Source: Camelus ferus
Taxonomy: Eukaryota
Direction of reading: 5' to 3'
Length of the DNA: 64,000 bases
NCBI RefSeq assembly: GCF_009834535.1
Contig: NC_045698.1
Location: forward strand, 2,420,001 to 2,484,000
Under the pieces are notes generated by a model. The model was not told the DNA's origin and searched no databases. It saw only the letters and a list, made by a program, of their open reading frames with translations. A program made the translations under genes and the position numbers. Shown here piece after piece: positions 51,386 to 63,997 of the stretch (position 1 is the first letter of the stretch; each line of letters opens with the position of its first letter).

Positions 51386-54053
51386 AAAGTGCTTTCTCTT
51401 ATAAGAAGCAAAAGCACATCTCTGTTTTGGGGTCTACTGGGAACAACTCTGACAGGCTCAGGGGCTTTAGGAAAGGCTACGAGTTCTGGAAGCCAGGAGC
51501 CATGCTGGCCTCGCAGATGGGAGGGCTTTGCGCTTTGTATGCTCTTTAGACAGCTTTTCCAGAAAGCGGCTTTGCATTTTGGGTAAAATTGTGCAGATCA
51601 TAGGAGCTTAGAGTGAGGGAGTCACCTCTAGGGCCGTCTGGCTGGGCCACGTTATGTTATGGCCACAGAGTTCGTTGGTGGCCAAGGGGCAGCTCCTGCC
51701 TGGGCAGGTACCCAGCCATCCTCTGATTCTGGCCACAGGGAGAGATCCGTCCACTTTTGCCGGAGCTGAAGGTCAGTGGCATTTTCCTGAATGTGTTTCT
51801 GATCAAGGTTCCTGTGGTACCTTCTGCTGAGTCATGGATTCTGAAGCAAGAGTTACTACCCACCAACTTCTGAGAAGGTTCTGGAACCTACAGAGAGGGG
51901 CTGACCTGCACTCCCAGGCCTGCCCGTGTCCTCCCTGGAGCACGAGTGCCTACATGTGTCCAGGGGCAGAGGTAAGAGCCGCCCTCACCATTAGCATGAA
52001 GCAGCTGGTCAGAAGGACCCTCGGCAGAGCCGTGTGCCTGGGCCACTGCCTCTCCAGGCCGCCAGGTTTCCAGGCACAGCACTGAGACCCCTGGTGGGCC
52101 CGCAACCCTTGTGAGTCTGGTAGGACACCTGCACTCTCAGGGGCCCCAGACGGCTCAAAACCCGAGCCCACTGAGGGAGCGGGAAGGACCATTTTCACCT
52201 CCTGGGAGCCAATTCTCCCCGTAGACAAAGGAGCCTTTGCTCCCAGGGACGTCTGGGGACCCATCCCACTCACTACAGTCGGATTCCAGGGAAGCCTGTG
52301 CTCCCAGTGAGCTGCTGGTCTGAGTGTGTTTGGGAGGTAAATCAGTGCTTATTTCATTTGGTTTCTAAATAACCCCCAAGAAGCCAGGTGGTGACAAGTG
52401 GTAGACAAGCTTAAAGGGGGTTATTTCCGTAAAAGGCGAAGTGCTACGTGGAACTATGTGTTTTAACTTGTGTGGCTGTGAAAATACCTGATGACCCTAA
52501 GTTGACCCACGAAGCATTTCTTTGGCTGTTTTTTATTTTTTTTTTCCAAAGTGAATACTTAAAATCTGTAGTCTGGCTGGAAAAAGTAGCTACAACTAGA
52601 CCTCGGAGACTGACCATCATTATGAGAAAACATCCCAGTTGAAAAAATATATGTGGTCAGTTATATAAAGCATTTTATTCTATACAGCTATATAAACTCT
52701 TTGCAATATGTGAGAAAAAATAATTTCTCATAAGCAGATTTTGCTAATTGCATTACTGATTTAGTATTGTTTTTCTTAACGTGACATCTGAGGTGGGGGA
52801 GGGACTCTGATTACATTTTTAATAAGGAAATTTGAGTTGACTATTATAAGATAAAAGGTTATAATTAAGACCCTCAGTGTATGAAAAATACAAACTTTTG
52901 AAATGACTGAGAATATCAGGACAAAACAGCACAGTCCCTGGGCGCTCTGCTCCCAGAGAGGGAGGTGGGGTTTCTGGCTGGAGACCCCCAGGGGCACTTA
53001 CTCAAGCCCCCTCTAGAATCCCAATGTGAGATACTGGCTCAGATGGATGCAAAATTAAAAGGAGTCGTTGCGTCAGGATCTGCCGTTGTCTCCTCTCATA
53101 TTCTCCTAATAGCCCCCCTTTCCTTTAAATGTCATCTCCACCAGCACTGAGACCCTGCCCTCTCGCCTTCAGCTGCACTCCATCGACAGTGGCCTCCATC
53201 TTGTTGACATCAATGTCTGCACGGATGGCTCTGTCTTCTTGTTCTTTGTATTCCCGCCTTCAGTAATCCAGTTCCCTCCCTCCAGCTGGCATTCCTAATA
53301 AAGGCATTAGCCACCCACCTCACCAGCATCTTTCTAGAAGACCCTTCAGGTAGCCACGCTCCAAAAAATCTACAGTCCTACCATTCTCCCCTCCACCAGA
53401 GAGCTAGTTCTGAGGGGCTGGCTCCCGGTCCCCATCAGACAGGGACACACGACTCTCCCTTAGAGAGGTTTCCCTGACCATGGAATCTCACCATCACCTG
53501 GCTGAATTCTATTCCCGTCCTGCTTTGCTTTTGTTCATCGAATGTGTGACAGAGCACATCACATCTCATCACACATGTGTACCTGACGTTCTCTAAGTGT
53601 TTCCCTAAAATGCAAGAAGCCTTGTCTCTGTATTCTCTGTCCCTAAGACAGCTCCCAGCACAGGAACGACAGATTCCATAAAGGACCCGCACGGCACCCA
53701 GCATGCCATTGGTGATTAACACTGTCCATTTTCTTATTTTTATTTTGTGAAAGTTGGCCATCTAGAAAAAGAACTGCTTGAGTTACATAGAAAAACAAAT
53801 TATTTCCTATAGAAAAATCCATACAGAGTTTTTACAGTGCAGCTCAGCCCTCTGAGCTGCGTGCCTGGTGGACAATGTGGATTCATATTGGACTCAATAC
53901 CACGCCAAGTGGGCACTTCCACATACGAGTGGAAAGGTCCATTTTCCCTATTTGTAAATTGTGTAAAGTTAACTCCATAAAGGATAATTAAGCTGGATGT
54001 CTAAGGATACATGTCACTGTAGGAGGTTAGAGCCAGATATTGATCATGAGGAC

Positions 54054-54412
54054 TGCAATGCACTGAAGCTTTGTCTCCCTTGAATTCAAGTGTTGAAACC
54101 CTAATCTCCAGCATGATGAGATTTACAGGTGGGACCTTGGGGTGGTGATGAGGTCATGAGGGTGGGGCCCTCATGATAGGATTAGTGCCCTTAAAGAAGA
54201 GACAGGAGAGCGTGTTTCTCCTCTCTGCTTTCTGCTCTGTGAGGACACGTGAGAAGGTGACCAGTGAACTAGGAAGAGGGCTGTCTCTGGACACGACCAG
54301 GCTGCCCTGATTTCAGACCTTCAGCCTGCAGGACAGTCTGAAATAAATGCCTCCATTATTTAACCCACCTCCTCGGTGGCGCTTCATGATAGCAGCCTGA
54401 GCAGACCAAGCA
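54054..54412 (+). mobile_element. MaLR solo LTR (MLT1A0-like)
   Basis: 'tgttgaaaccctaatctccagcatgatg...gaggtcatgagggtggggccctcatgataggattagtgcccttaaagaagagac...atagcagcctgagcagaccaagca'. Confidence 0.88.
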
Positions 54413-54659
54413 GAAGGCCATGCATATTCAGAATCTGGGCAGTGGGATGCGTGGCTTCCCGAGGTCTCCCCGGACATTGATGAATGATCCTGGTTTAAGG
54501 TTAAGTGGAATTTACTCTAAGTGACTTTCCCAGGAAACAATAACATCCCTTATCTGATTCTTCCCTTCCCTCTTGGCTAATGAGGTAAACGAGTGGCATC
54601 ATTTGTTATTATGAATTAAGAGACCCAAGCGTGTTTAATAAATGATGTGACCCGCACTG

Positions 54660-55603
54660 CATGTGCCCTCCAGCCCAGGCCTCTTATCTTAGCTCTGGAA
54701 TTACACATCTAATTGTTGTCTATTTTGCGTATTCCCTCAGACTTTGAATTTTCACGGGCATTTCAGGCGTCATGTGTGCAGGACTGAACTTAAGATCTTC
54801 TCTGAGACAAGCCCTTCCCCGCCCGCAGCTCCCCACAGCTTTCTGAAAGGCATGTCTGTGCACTCAGTTGCCCAGGGCAGAACCAAGGGTCCCTCCTTGA
54901 AATGTCCCTTCGCCTTGGCCTGGCCTTCAGTCCGTCTCCGGGTGGGTTTTCCGCCACTGCTGCCTCCCTGATTCACCACCCACTGCCTTCCTCACCACAG
55001 CCCACAGCCGGCTTTGACCTTGTCCGTGGTATTTCCTTTGTGGGAGGAGAAATGAACTTTCAGGTCTTATAAATATTAAAATTAGAAGATACCGCTCCAG
55101 TACATTGCACCTTCAATTAATCCTCACTCCATGCTAATGAAGTGGAGAACTTTCCATGGCCAGCCAGACCCGAGGGCTCGGGCCAGCTCCTCTCCCCTCT
55201 GTGCCTTATTTTTTCACTGTGTCAGTTTCCTTGAGTTTCACCAGAGCTGTCTTCATTCAGTTTCCTAAAAATGTTAAACCTTTCTCTAATGAAGGCACCC
55301 CCCCCCACTCTTTCTTCTGCCTGGGGCACCCTGTCTCCCAAGCCTCCAGGTCTGAATTTAAACCTTACTTCCACCACTCACCCCAGAGCTAGCTCAGCCC
55401 TGTCCCTGACGCTTTGCAAATATTACATGTCTTTTATAAGATGTTTTCATGATGCCCCATTATTTCCTTCATAATACTGATCTAACAATGTGGGGACTTA
55501 TGTGTATAATGTATGTGGCTCCATGAGCTTGAAAGTGCATGAATTTACTGCCATATGTATACCCAGCCCAATGCCTGAAACTAGAGGCCACTCAAAAGGT
55601 GGT
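54660..55603 (+). mobile_element. LINE-2 3' fragment
   Basis: 'gggcatttcaggcgtcatgtgtgcaggactgaact', 'cagttgcccagggcagaacc' and 3' end 'aatgcctgaaactagaggccactcaaaaggtggttgg' followed by a tetranucleotide tail. Confidence 0.6.
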
Positions 55604-55672
55604 TGGATGGATGGATGGATGGATGGATGGATGGAAGGATGTGTAGATGGAAGGATGGGTGCATAGATGGAT
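55604..55672. repeat. (TGGA)n microsatellite
   Basis: Direct reading; pure to about 55635, then degenerate. Confidence 0.9.
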
Positions 55673-56929
55673 AGAGAAACCCTGAGGGGGATTTTTGAAC
55701 ATTCAGGGAAAAAAAAAATTTAGATCATCCAAAGGAAATCCAATTTAGCCAACTGGAAAACAAGAGAAAGTTAATAACTCTTAGCTCAGTTAATCTAGAT
55801 TTACTCCTTGTTCCTTAAAAAAATGATCTTTCAGTTTATTTTTTGTGCAAATAAGAATTGCTTCTTGGAAGCTCAACAGTATATATTTTTTTCAGGACTA
55901 GCGTAAGAAAACCCAAGGGCACAATTACTTTGAAAACACAATTTTTCTTTAATAAATACCTCTCCGCAGGTGCTGATTTGGGCCTATAATGCAAGCATGC
56001 AGGACCTTCCCCTCCCCGGCTGATACTGAAGGGTCGCGTTGATTGCAGAAAGCCAGCCTCCACCTGTCCCCGCCTGTCCCCGCCTGTCCGTGTGCGGCAA
56101 GCACTCGGCTGCCCCGCTCCTCCCCCGCATTATCGCGCCAGCCACAGTTCAGGGCCTTATCACCTGCTTCGACTTGCCGTGTTTTCATCTCTCACTTAGA
56201 CGTATTTTTTTTCCCTTGGATGATAGTAAAGGGCATCTCAGGCACCTTTACCTCTCATAGTGAACCGTGAATTTGTCGTGGTGGATTAGATTAATCAAAA
56301 TGTCCTTAGAAGAAAAATCTCCATGTGTGCTTCCCAAACCCAAACAATTTCTGTCACGTTTTTATAGAGACACTACTTTCTCCAGTCCATCTCTCACGCT
56401 GTTTTCATATATCTCGTGCAGCTGAAGGGGCATTTATCTCAGCCCTTGGTGGCCTGAATTTAAGCTACTGCTTAAATTTCTACCTAAGCTGTAAAGGCAA
56501 GGATTAGAAAAAATACCATCAGGAGTGGAGGATGCAAGGTTTAAACTACTTGTTTTCAGTAGAACAAAACTTGACAGCACTCTCACTGCCTTCAAACCTT
56601 TTAAAATAATATATTTGGAAAATTTAATAAAAGTTTATTGGAATAATGGGTGGCATTATAAAACTAAAACACTGGCATCAAAAGAGTTTACCAAAAATGC
56701 ATCCAAATGAATGCGTATCTTGGAGTGTTTTCATTATTCCTTTGATCCTCACCCACTTCCTTTATCAAAAAAAGAAAAAGAAAGAGAATTAAGCACTAGA
56801 ATAATATATGAAAAACAACTTTAAAGATATTTCTTATTAGCCAAAAAAGATATTTCTATGTTCTCTGTCAAAATTCATAGTCTTATATTTACATTTTATT
56901 TTAGCATTTGAAAGTGTTATCTTTTTTTA

Positions 56930-57600
56930 AATAAAAATAATCTTCCTACTTCAAATAAAATAGATATTTATTATAAAAATAGGGAAATAGTTATAAAAAT
57001 AATGTAAAGTCACCCACAATCCTCCTCTCAAAAATGGGATTATAGAGTAATATGTTTTATCATTTTTCACTTAAAAGTGAACGTTTTCCTATGCTTAAAG
57101 TCTTTCTTAATGACCTTAAAATTTATACTCTATCCTTTAGTAAATAATTAGCTTGTTTTAATTTCCTGTTTTTTATAACAACAACGAGATGGACATCTTT
57201 GTAGCTATAGCTGTGCCAGGTTTAAGTAGCTTCTCATGAAAATTCCCAGAAGCAAAATTGTTTGGACAATAGTATTTATATTTTTTAAGAAATGTGATGT
57301 ATCTATAACCAGATCGTCTTCCAGAAAGGGTGTCCTAATGTGTACATCTAACTACCGGGAATGAGGGTTCCCCAGTTTTCTCTCAACCTCATCGCCAGTG
57401 GGAATTAGAACTTCTAAAAGCTCCAGTGGTTTGATGGGAGAAAAAGTGGAAGTGAAATGTTATTTTAAATGCTGGTACTTTTTCTTTCATGAGATAATTG
57501 GCTATTTCAATATTACCTGTTAGTTGTCTCTTTATGTTATGTACCATTTTGTTTCTGCATCGTGGATGTTGACTAAAAGTAAGAACACTGTTAACGTTAC
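56930..57600 (-). mobile_element. Ancient LINE-1 fragment (L1ME-like)
   Basis: 'aattcccagaagcaaaattg...ccagatcgtcttccagaaagggtgt...atgagggttcccagttttctctcaacctcatcgcca'. Confidence 0.6.
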
Positions 57601-58299
57601 CGTGACGAACGCTTTCCCTCTGACGTATTACGAACATCTAAGTAAGTGCGTGGACCGTCAGCTACGGCCACGGCAGAGAAGCTGGTATTAGACTTTGTCT
57701 GTGGAAATTGGTAGCCATAAAATCAGAGACATTTTCATGAGACCGCTGTGGTCAGTCATGAGTATCACCAGCGCGGGGCTACAGTATTTGAGCACTGCTT
57801 TCTCCCTGAGGACATCTTCCAAAATCCTGTTGAAAGGGACAGAAGAGCAGCAGTCCCAGAGGACGGTGTGAACACAGAGTGCAGCTGGGAAGTCCCAGGA
57901 GACTGGGGTTTGAGGGGTGGGCTACTAGAAATGAAGGCACCACAGAGAGGGATCCCAAAAACCTGCTTAAGAGTTCTTCCTGGGTCTTTGGTCAACCCGA
58001 AAGCTGCACACGTGCAGGCAAGTTTCCAGAAGATCTGGCACAAACAGCTGCTGGAAGGCTGAGGGCTAAGTGGACACCTCAGTCCCAGAGAGAAGTTAGA
58101 AGGTGCCTTGCCAGAGCAGAGAAACCCCTGAACTGATGCAAGAAAGGCTATGACCTGGGAGTTCAGCCACAAACAATCCTGAGTTCTCTGCCTTCAGGGT
58201 AAAGGCAAAACTAAAGCAGATCCACTGTAGTCAGGGGATCTTTGTGACCTGCTGTGATCTAACTGAAGACAAAAACACAATCTACTGTTCCTCTTAGGA

Positions 58300-58685
58300 G
58301 AAAATAAAAAACACAACAACCAACCAAACAAAAACCTCAGCATCTAAGATATTTCATCCACAGCCTCTTGCACATGATCAGAGGTCATCAGACAAATGGG
58401 CGGGATAAGGTGTTTGATCACAAACAGACAAAACCACCAACAGAAGCAGGCCCAAGATGATCGAGATATTGGAGCAGACACTCAGACAAGGACTTCAAAG
58501 CAAGTATAATTAACATTAAAGATGATGGAAAAATGGATGAAAAGATGAGGAGTATCAAAAGGGAATTAAAATGTATACAATGAGTCAGGTGGGAACTTTA
58601 GAAGTGTCAGGTACAATACCTAAAATTAAAAAGAACTCAGTGGATGAGTTGAACGGCAGGCCGGGCATAGGAGAAAACAGAATTT
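58300..58685 (+). mobile_element. Ancient LINE-1 ORF1-region fragment
   Basis: 'gacttcaaagcaagtataattaac...aatacctaaaattaaaaagaactcagtggatgagttgaacggcagg' resembles the L1M ORF1 coiled-coil region (IKKNSVDELNGR). Confidence 0.55.
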
Positions 58686-58687
58686 AT

Positions 58688-58935
58688 AGGGCAGGGGGTG
58701 GGAGGGGACAGACTGGGAGTTTGAAATTTGTAGATACTGACAGGCATATGCAGAATAGATAAACAAGATTACACTGTATAGCACAGGGAAATATATACAA
58801 GATCTTGTGGTAGCTCACAGAGAAAAAACTGTGACGATGAATACATGTATGTTCATGTATAACTGAAAAATTGTGCTCTACACTGGAATCTGACACAACA
58901 TTGTAAACTGACTATAACTCAATAATAAAAAAAAA
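58688..58935 (+). mobile_element. Younger camelid-type LINE-1 3' end
   Basis: 'gactgggagtttgaaatttgtagatact...tgtataactgaaaaattgtgctctacactggaa...ctataactcaataataaaaaaaaa'. Confidence 0.85.
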
Positions 58936-59605
58936 TACCCTAGAGGTGGTATGCATGGGGAAATGGTCTCCCATACATAGAACCAGATACTGTGTGTGTG
59001 CGTGAGAGGGAGAGACAGACAGACAGAGACAGAGAAAGAGCTCTAACAAGCTGTCTTCTGGTTTCTTTTTTTGTCAGTGTTTCTGTCAGCTGTCTTTTTC
59101 TGAGAATACTTCTTTTGAAATATCTCTGCACATGTGGCATCTGGAAAATCCTGGTGGCAATGTAGTGTAGAGGGACAGCTTCCTATCATCTGAAAATGTA
59201 TGTCTCGCTGATACAAGCCTAGCTGTGTGGGCTCCCGGTGGCTCTCTTGGCCACACTCATGGGCTTTCTTCGATCTGTAGGAGGGTGCTACCCAGATAAC
59301 TCTCACTGTTAAACTGGTCAGAGGACACTTCCAGGATTGCTCCACATTGAATATCAGACACAATTGCCGTGAGTGGAGATATTTCTTTGTAAGATTGAGA
59401 CCAGGTTAGATTTCACATTCCTGGCTCTCTACTTCTCTGCTTAACTCCTAGTTTTCTCCCATTGGCTCATTCTGGGCTTTCTCCCTTGAGGTTTGCAGCA
59501 TACATTATATCTGTGCCCTTTCTTCCTGCAAATAGAATCCACGTTCTGTGTCAGCTGCTTCGTAGCACATTTCCTTAGAACACAGTGATCGGGTCATACA
59601 CAACA

Positions 59606-59949
59606 CAGCTGACCTTCCACATCCATGGGTTTTGCATCTGCATTTCAACCAATTGCAGATCAAAAATTTTGGAAAAAAATCTATAAAGTTTCAAAAAGGA
59701 AAATTTGAATTTGCCCTTTGCCGGCAGCTGTTTCCGTAGCATGTGCGTTGTATTCACAACTATTTAGGTAACACTGACTCAGCATCAGGCATCTGAAGCA
59801 ACCTAGGGGTGACGTAAAGTACACAGGGGGATGTGCCCCAGTTATATGCAAATGCTGTGCCATTTTATGTAAAAGACTTGACCGTCTGCAGATCTGGGTA
59901 TCCCCAGGGCTCCCGGAACCCTACCACCATGGATACCAAGGGACTACTG
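59606..59949. mobile_element. Tigger3a/MER2-type non-autonomous TcMar-Tigger DNA transposon
   Basis: Terminal inverted repeats cagctgaccttccacatccatgg ... ccatggataccaagggactactg, ~345 bp; internal 'ttatatgcaaatgctgtgccattttatgtaaaagacttga'. Confidence 0.85.
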
Positions 59950-60154
59950 TGATCACTTTGCTCAACTAATGGTAATGAATGCCTACAATATGACAAGTGC
60001 TGTGTTGTAGTCAAGAAAATGCTCCAGTTAAATTCTACATTAATTTTTCATCTACCAAGTTTTCTTTAAACAGCTCTTTGATAGGCCACTCTTAGTAAAT
60101 GCTTGGTAGTTTTAGAGGCACATATCCTGACAACTTCTCAGAATCAAAATGATA

Positions 60155-60530
60155 CGTTGTGGGGGACAGCTATCTGCCTCCCAGTAGGAAGACTCTTTGT
60201 CGGGGGGTAATGAGTGCATCTTTTTCCCAACCTGGTGATGGTCGCCAAGAGCATGGTGGTGGTCACATGACCTGAGCTCAGCCAATGAGATGCCATCCTG
60301 TGAATTTGCACATGAGCTAGAGGTGCCAGGGCTGAGAGGAGCTGAGGGCTGCACATTGCAGGGGTGCAGGGATCCAGGCATTTCTGGCTCTAAGAGTGTG
60401 TTTGGAGTTCCTGCATTCCCATTGGTGGAGCAGTGGTGAAATCTCTGAGCTAATCCCCAGTATCTTTACTATAAAGTCCCTTTGCTCATTTTGGACATTC
60501 AGTCTCCGTTATTTTCAGACAAGAAACCTT
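60155..60530 (+). mobile_element. Old LTR remnant (MaLR/ERVL-like)
   Basis: 'ggtcacatgacctgagctcagccaatgaga' and 3' 'ataaagtccctttgctc...cagacaagaaacc'. Confidence 0.45.
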
Positions 60531-62329
60531 AGGAGATTAACCTCTAAAGGTCCCCCTGGAAGCCATCAGAAACCTGTGAACGACCCTGTAAGGGTCTGCC
60601 GACTCACAGTGAATGTCATCCTAGGACAGGTACACCCTGAGCTTACTTTCCAGTAAATTTTTGGAATCAGTGTGTGCATGGTTTTTCTGTGATTTGTCAC
60701 GTTAAAAATAAAACTTCAGATTAGCTTTGTTTTAACTGGTTTGGTACCAATGAACCTGTTGGTGGCTGTTTGTATATTATTAACAACATACACTTTAAGA
60801 AAAGGAGAGTAACCATGTCTGACCACTCACAATTTTTCCACATTTATATTAAGCTCAACACTGTATAATTTTACTATAAATTATTTTTCTTTTTGGGGGG
60901 AAACTGGGCCAATATTTGGTATCTCTGTTGATCTGGCCCTGTTACTTTTTCTAGGCTTTCTCTAATATTTTAGAAAATCTGTGGCTGTAACTACAACTTG
61001 GAAACAAATAAGAAAACGAAAAACAAACAAATAAACCAAAACTACCTACAAGTCACTTTCCTGGCAACCATCTTAGAGTGGCTAACAGATTAAAGAGATC
61101 TTTAACAACGTTTCTTCATTTTGCCTTTTCTAGACTGGAGACTGGAAATTTTCCTGGAAAAGGTGAACTTCCCAGGGCAAGCAGGTGGTTTAGGAATTGC
61201 CAGCTGTGTTTCTATTTTCCAAGCAGTGTCTCTTTTTATCTTGTTTGTTTGTTTTGCTACCTACAAATGTGCCTTTTAAGTTTTTTTTTTTGTTAACTTA
61301 AACATTTTCTGATGAGTGGATTGAATCCTTCAGTCTGTAACCACCTTACAATTAAGAAAATTTTGAATATAACAAAAGACGGCTAAAAACCTAGGAATAT
61401 GTTTCACACTAATCATTGCTGTGCGAAGTTTATCATTTATGCTAAAGGAATCTTTTGGATGAGAAATGCATCCTGTACTCAGATAAAGAAAGGAAAAAGA
61501 GACACAGGACTCGGTCACCGAGATCTCATCACCCCACAGTCTTCCAGCTGTCAGAGTGGAAACGTGGCTGGAAATCAGTACTGTTTTATTTAATTTTCCC
61601 TCTAAATCAAATTGCATCAACAAGTGGTTTTCGTGTTCTGACTTTCACGGTTCAGCCATCTTTAGTGCCAGAATTGTTTTTCTTTAAGATTGTGGGCATT
61701 GATGCTATTACTAATTTGTGATAAATTAAAGGTAATTTTAACTGTTTTTTAAAAAAGATTAAGTTTGGAAAGCCACAGCATTTCAACTTATTAGTATATT
61801 TTTACTGCCTTGAAACAATAATCGAATAAATGTGGACTGCAATCCTGAAAGGGTAGAGTTTCACAGAGCTCGCCTTTCCGTGAGTAGTTACAAGAAGCCA
61901 GAAGGCAAGTCCACGCTGAGAACGCCATTGTTTGTATGTCTTTATTGGACAATCAGTTAAACGCTTTTCTCCCTGCCCTTGGATGAAACATCTAGTAAAC
62001 TCCTAGCAGAAACTGAAAGACGCATTTACATCCCTTCGAGACTTGCTGAGGCTGTGACCTGTGTTAGACACCAGCTAACCCGTAACAGAGTGGTTGGAAA
62101 CATCATCTTATCTCCAGTCCCAGTGGATATTGGAATGCCGCCACATAACCTTGACACTTGAAACATTTCTGCCCCAACTAAATCTCAGCAGGAATTTCCT
62201 CAGGGAGTGCTTTAAAGTAAATACAAAATAAATGGATAGAAAAGAGAAAGATGACTCTGTCCATAAACCAGTAGTAGCTGGTTTCTTAAATATCTGCAAA
62301 AGAGGAAAGGGCTGCCGCACAGTCAGACC

Positions 62330-62700
62330 ACTAAGTCATCCTTCGCAAGCAACCAGACGAAGCCTGCGGAACCGCAGGGCCCTGGATTCCCCGGGGGCTC
62401 CCACCTCTCGTGATGACGCGTGCAGTTCTGCCCTTGGGCTTCTGGCCGGCGTGATCCTCGCCAGCAGTCACCTGCTTGGGAGACACCGCCAGTTTTTTCA
62501 GTTTCCTTTTGGACAGATTTTGCTTTAGTGACGTTTTGACCCCAATCACGTGATAAGTGAAGGGAGTGTGACGTTCCTGTGTGCGGCGGCGGGGCGGGAA
62601 GGAGCCCCCTCCCATCTCCCAGGAAGGACGGGCGGGCTGCGCAAAGCTCGCTGTGAGGACTGCCTGACAGCCCGTGGCAGGGACAGTCCCCAGTCCTGCT
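62330..62700 (+). promoter_or_regulatory. Small CpG-rich promoter with a dense motif cluster; possible non-coding exon 1
   Basis: TGACGT (62529, 62569), CCAAT (62542), ATCACGTGAT (62545-62554), GGGGCGGGAA (62591-62600) inside AT-rich surroundings; candidate donor GCT|gtgagg at 62652/62653. Confidence 0.6.
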
Positions 62701-63001
62701 GAGAAGGGTCCAGTTAGGGGACGAGGTTACAAAGGCACCACCTCTTCTCAAAATCCTGGCAGAGTCAAGGGGAAAACGAAGACCCACTTCTGTGACTCAG
62801 CCTCTGGCGTGAGTTCTGAGGGAAAGCACAGGGTCTGAGCGAGAGGAGGGGGTACTGTCACCCACAAGGCAGCAAGACTCAGAGTATTTACAGTGCAATT
62901 ACAGCCTTATGGACAGAGTAGGAAATAGTCTCGATTGTGATATTCAAAGTTCATTTCTATACATGCAGTCCTGAGTCTAGATCTTTGAATTATTTATTTT
63001 A

Positions 63002-63116
63002 TTATTATTTTTTAAGTTGAATATAGTTGATTTACAATGTTGTGTTAGTTTCTGGTGTACAGCAAAGTGATTCAGTAATATGTATATGCATATTCTTTTT
63101 CATTATAGGTTGTTAT
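63002..63116 (-). mobile_element. Very short LINE-1 3' end with a perfect 14-bp TSD
   Basis: 'gttgaatatagttgatttacaatgttgtgttagtttctggtgtacagcaaagtgattcag'; TSD aattatttatttta at 62988-63001 and 63117-63130. Confidence 0.88.
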
Positions 63117-63975
63117 AATTATTTATTTTAAAGTATTAGTATTATTTTAAATGCCACCTAAAATTACAACCGATTGTAGCCCTCCGTGCCCCTAAGGGGG
63201 CAGTGGGATTTCATTCCAATACCTTGGTGGGAAAAAAAAAAAAAACAAAGAGACAGCAAAACTTCCACCCATGGGAAAGGAATGGAGGTTTGGAGTGGGA
63301 GAGAGGAAAGAAGAAAGGAGATGAGCAGGACTGGAAGGCGTGGCGTCAGGATGAGGGAGGACCTCTCCCAGCAGCGCCAGCCTCTGTGAGGTGACTGTTG
63401 CACAGATATTTCTCCATCCCCAGACCCAAGCACACAGCCGCCCTGCAGGGGTGGTGTTGGGAGGAACCCAGGTAAGAGGGCTGGCGAGGCAGTGTGGGGC
63501 AGATAGGTGAGCCCAGGCAAGAGGAAACACAGCCAGCATCAGGGTCAGGAAGCAGCGGAGACCTGCACAAATCTTGGGGGCCGAAAAAGCATTTCCCATT
63601 AGACAGAGACTAGGGAGTTTGACCCAATTAGATGGGACTCCCAAGAAGAAATTGGTTTCCACTGATATCTGGATTGAAAAAAGAATATTTTTTGAGAAAG
63701 TTTTAAATTTAGAATTAAAGTTAAAGTTAAAATTAAGATGGTAAAGACACAGCTGATGTGGAGGGAGATACTTTATCACATACAATTCAATAAAGTCTTT
63801 AATTCCAACTTTGATTTGGTCAGGTAGGCTTGCAAAATTTCTATAACTGAGTGATTAATTTGATCACGTGTCTTCTATTTCACACGTAAAGCCCAGTGTT
63901 CCCATGCTGTTTCAGTTTCATAGTTACTGTGTTGATTCTTCATAATCTTGGCGAACAGACCAAGCTTATTTTCAG

Positions 63976-63997
63976 ATTTGAGATGAATAAAAAGAAG
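63976..63997 (+). other. Candidate short exon carrying a start codon (MNKKK)
   Basis: cttattttcag|ATTTGAG ATG AAT AAA AAG AAG|gta at the window edge; ATG at 63983 has a purine at -3. Confidence 0.3.
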
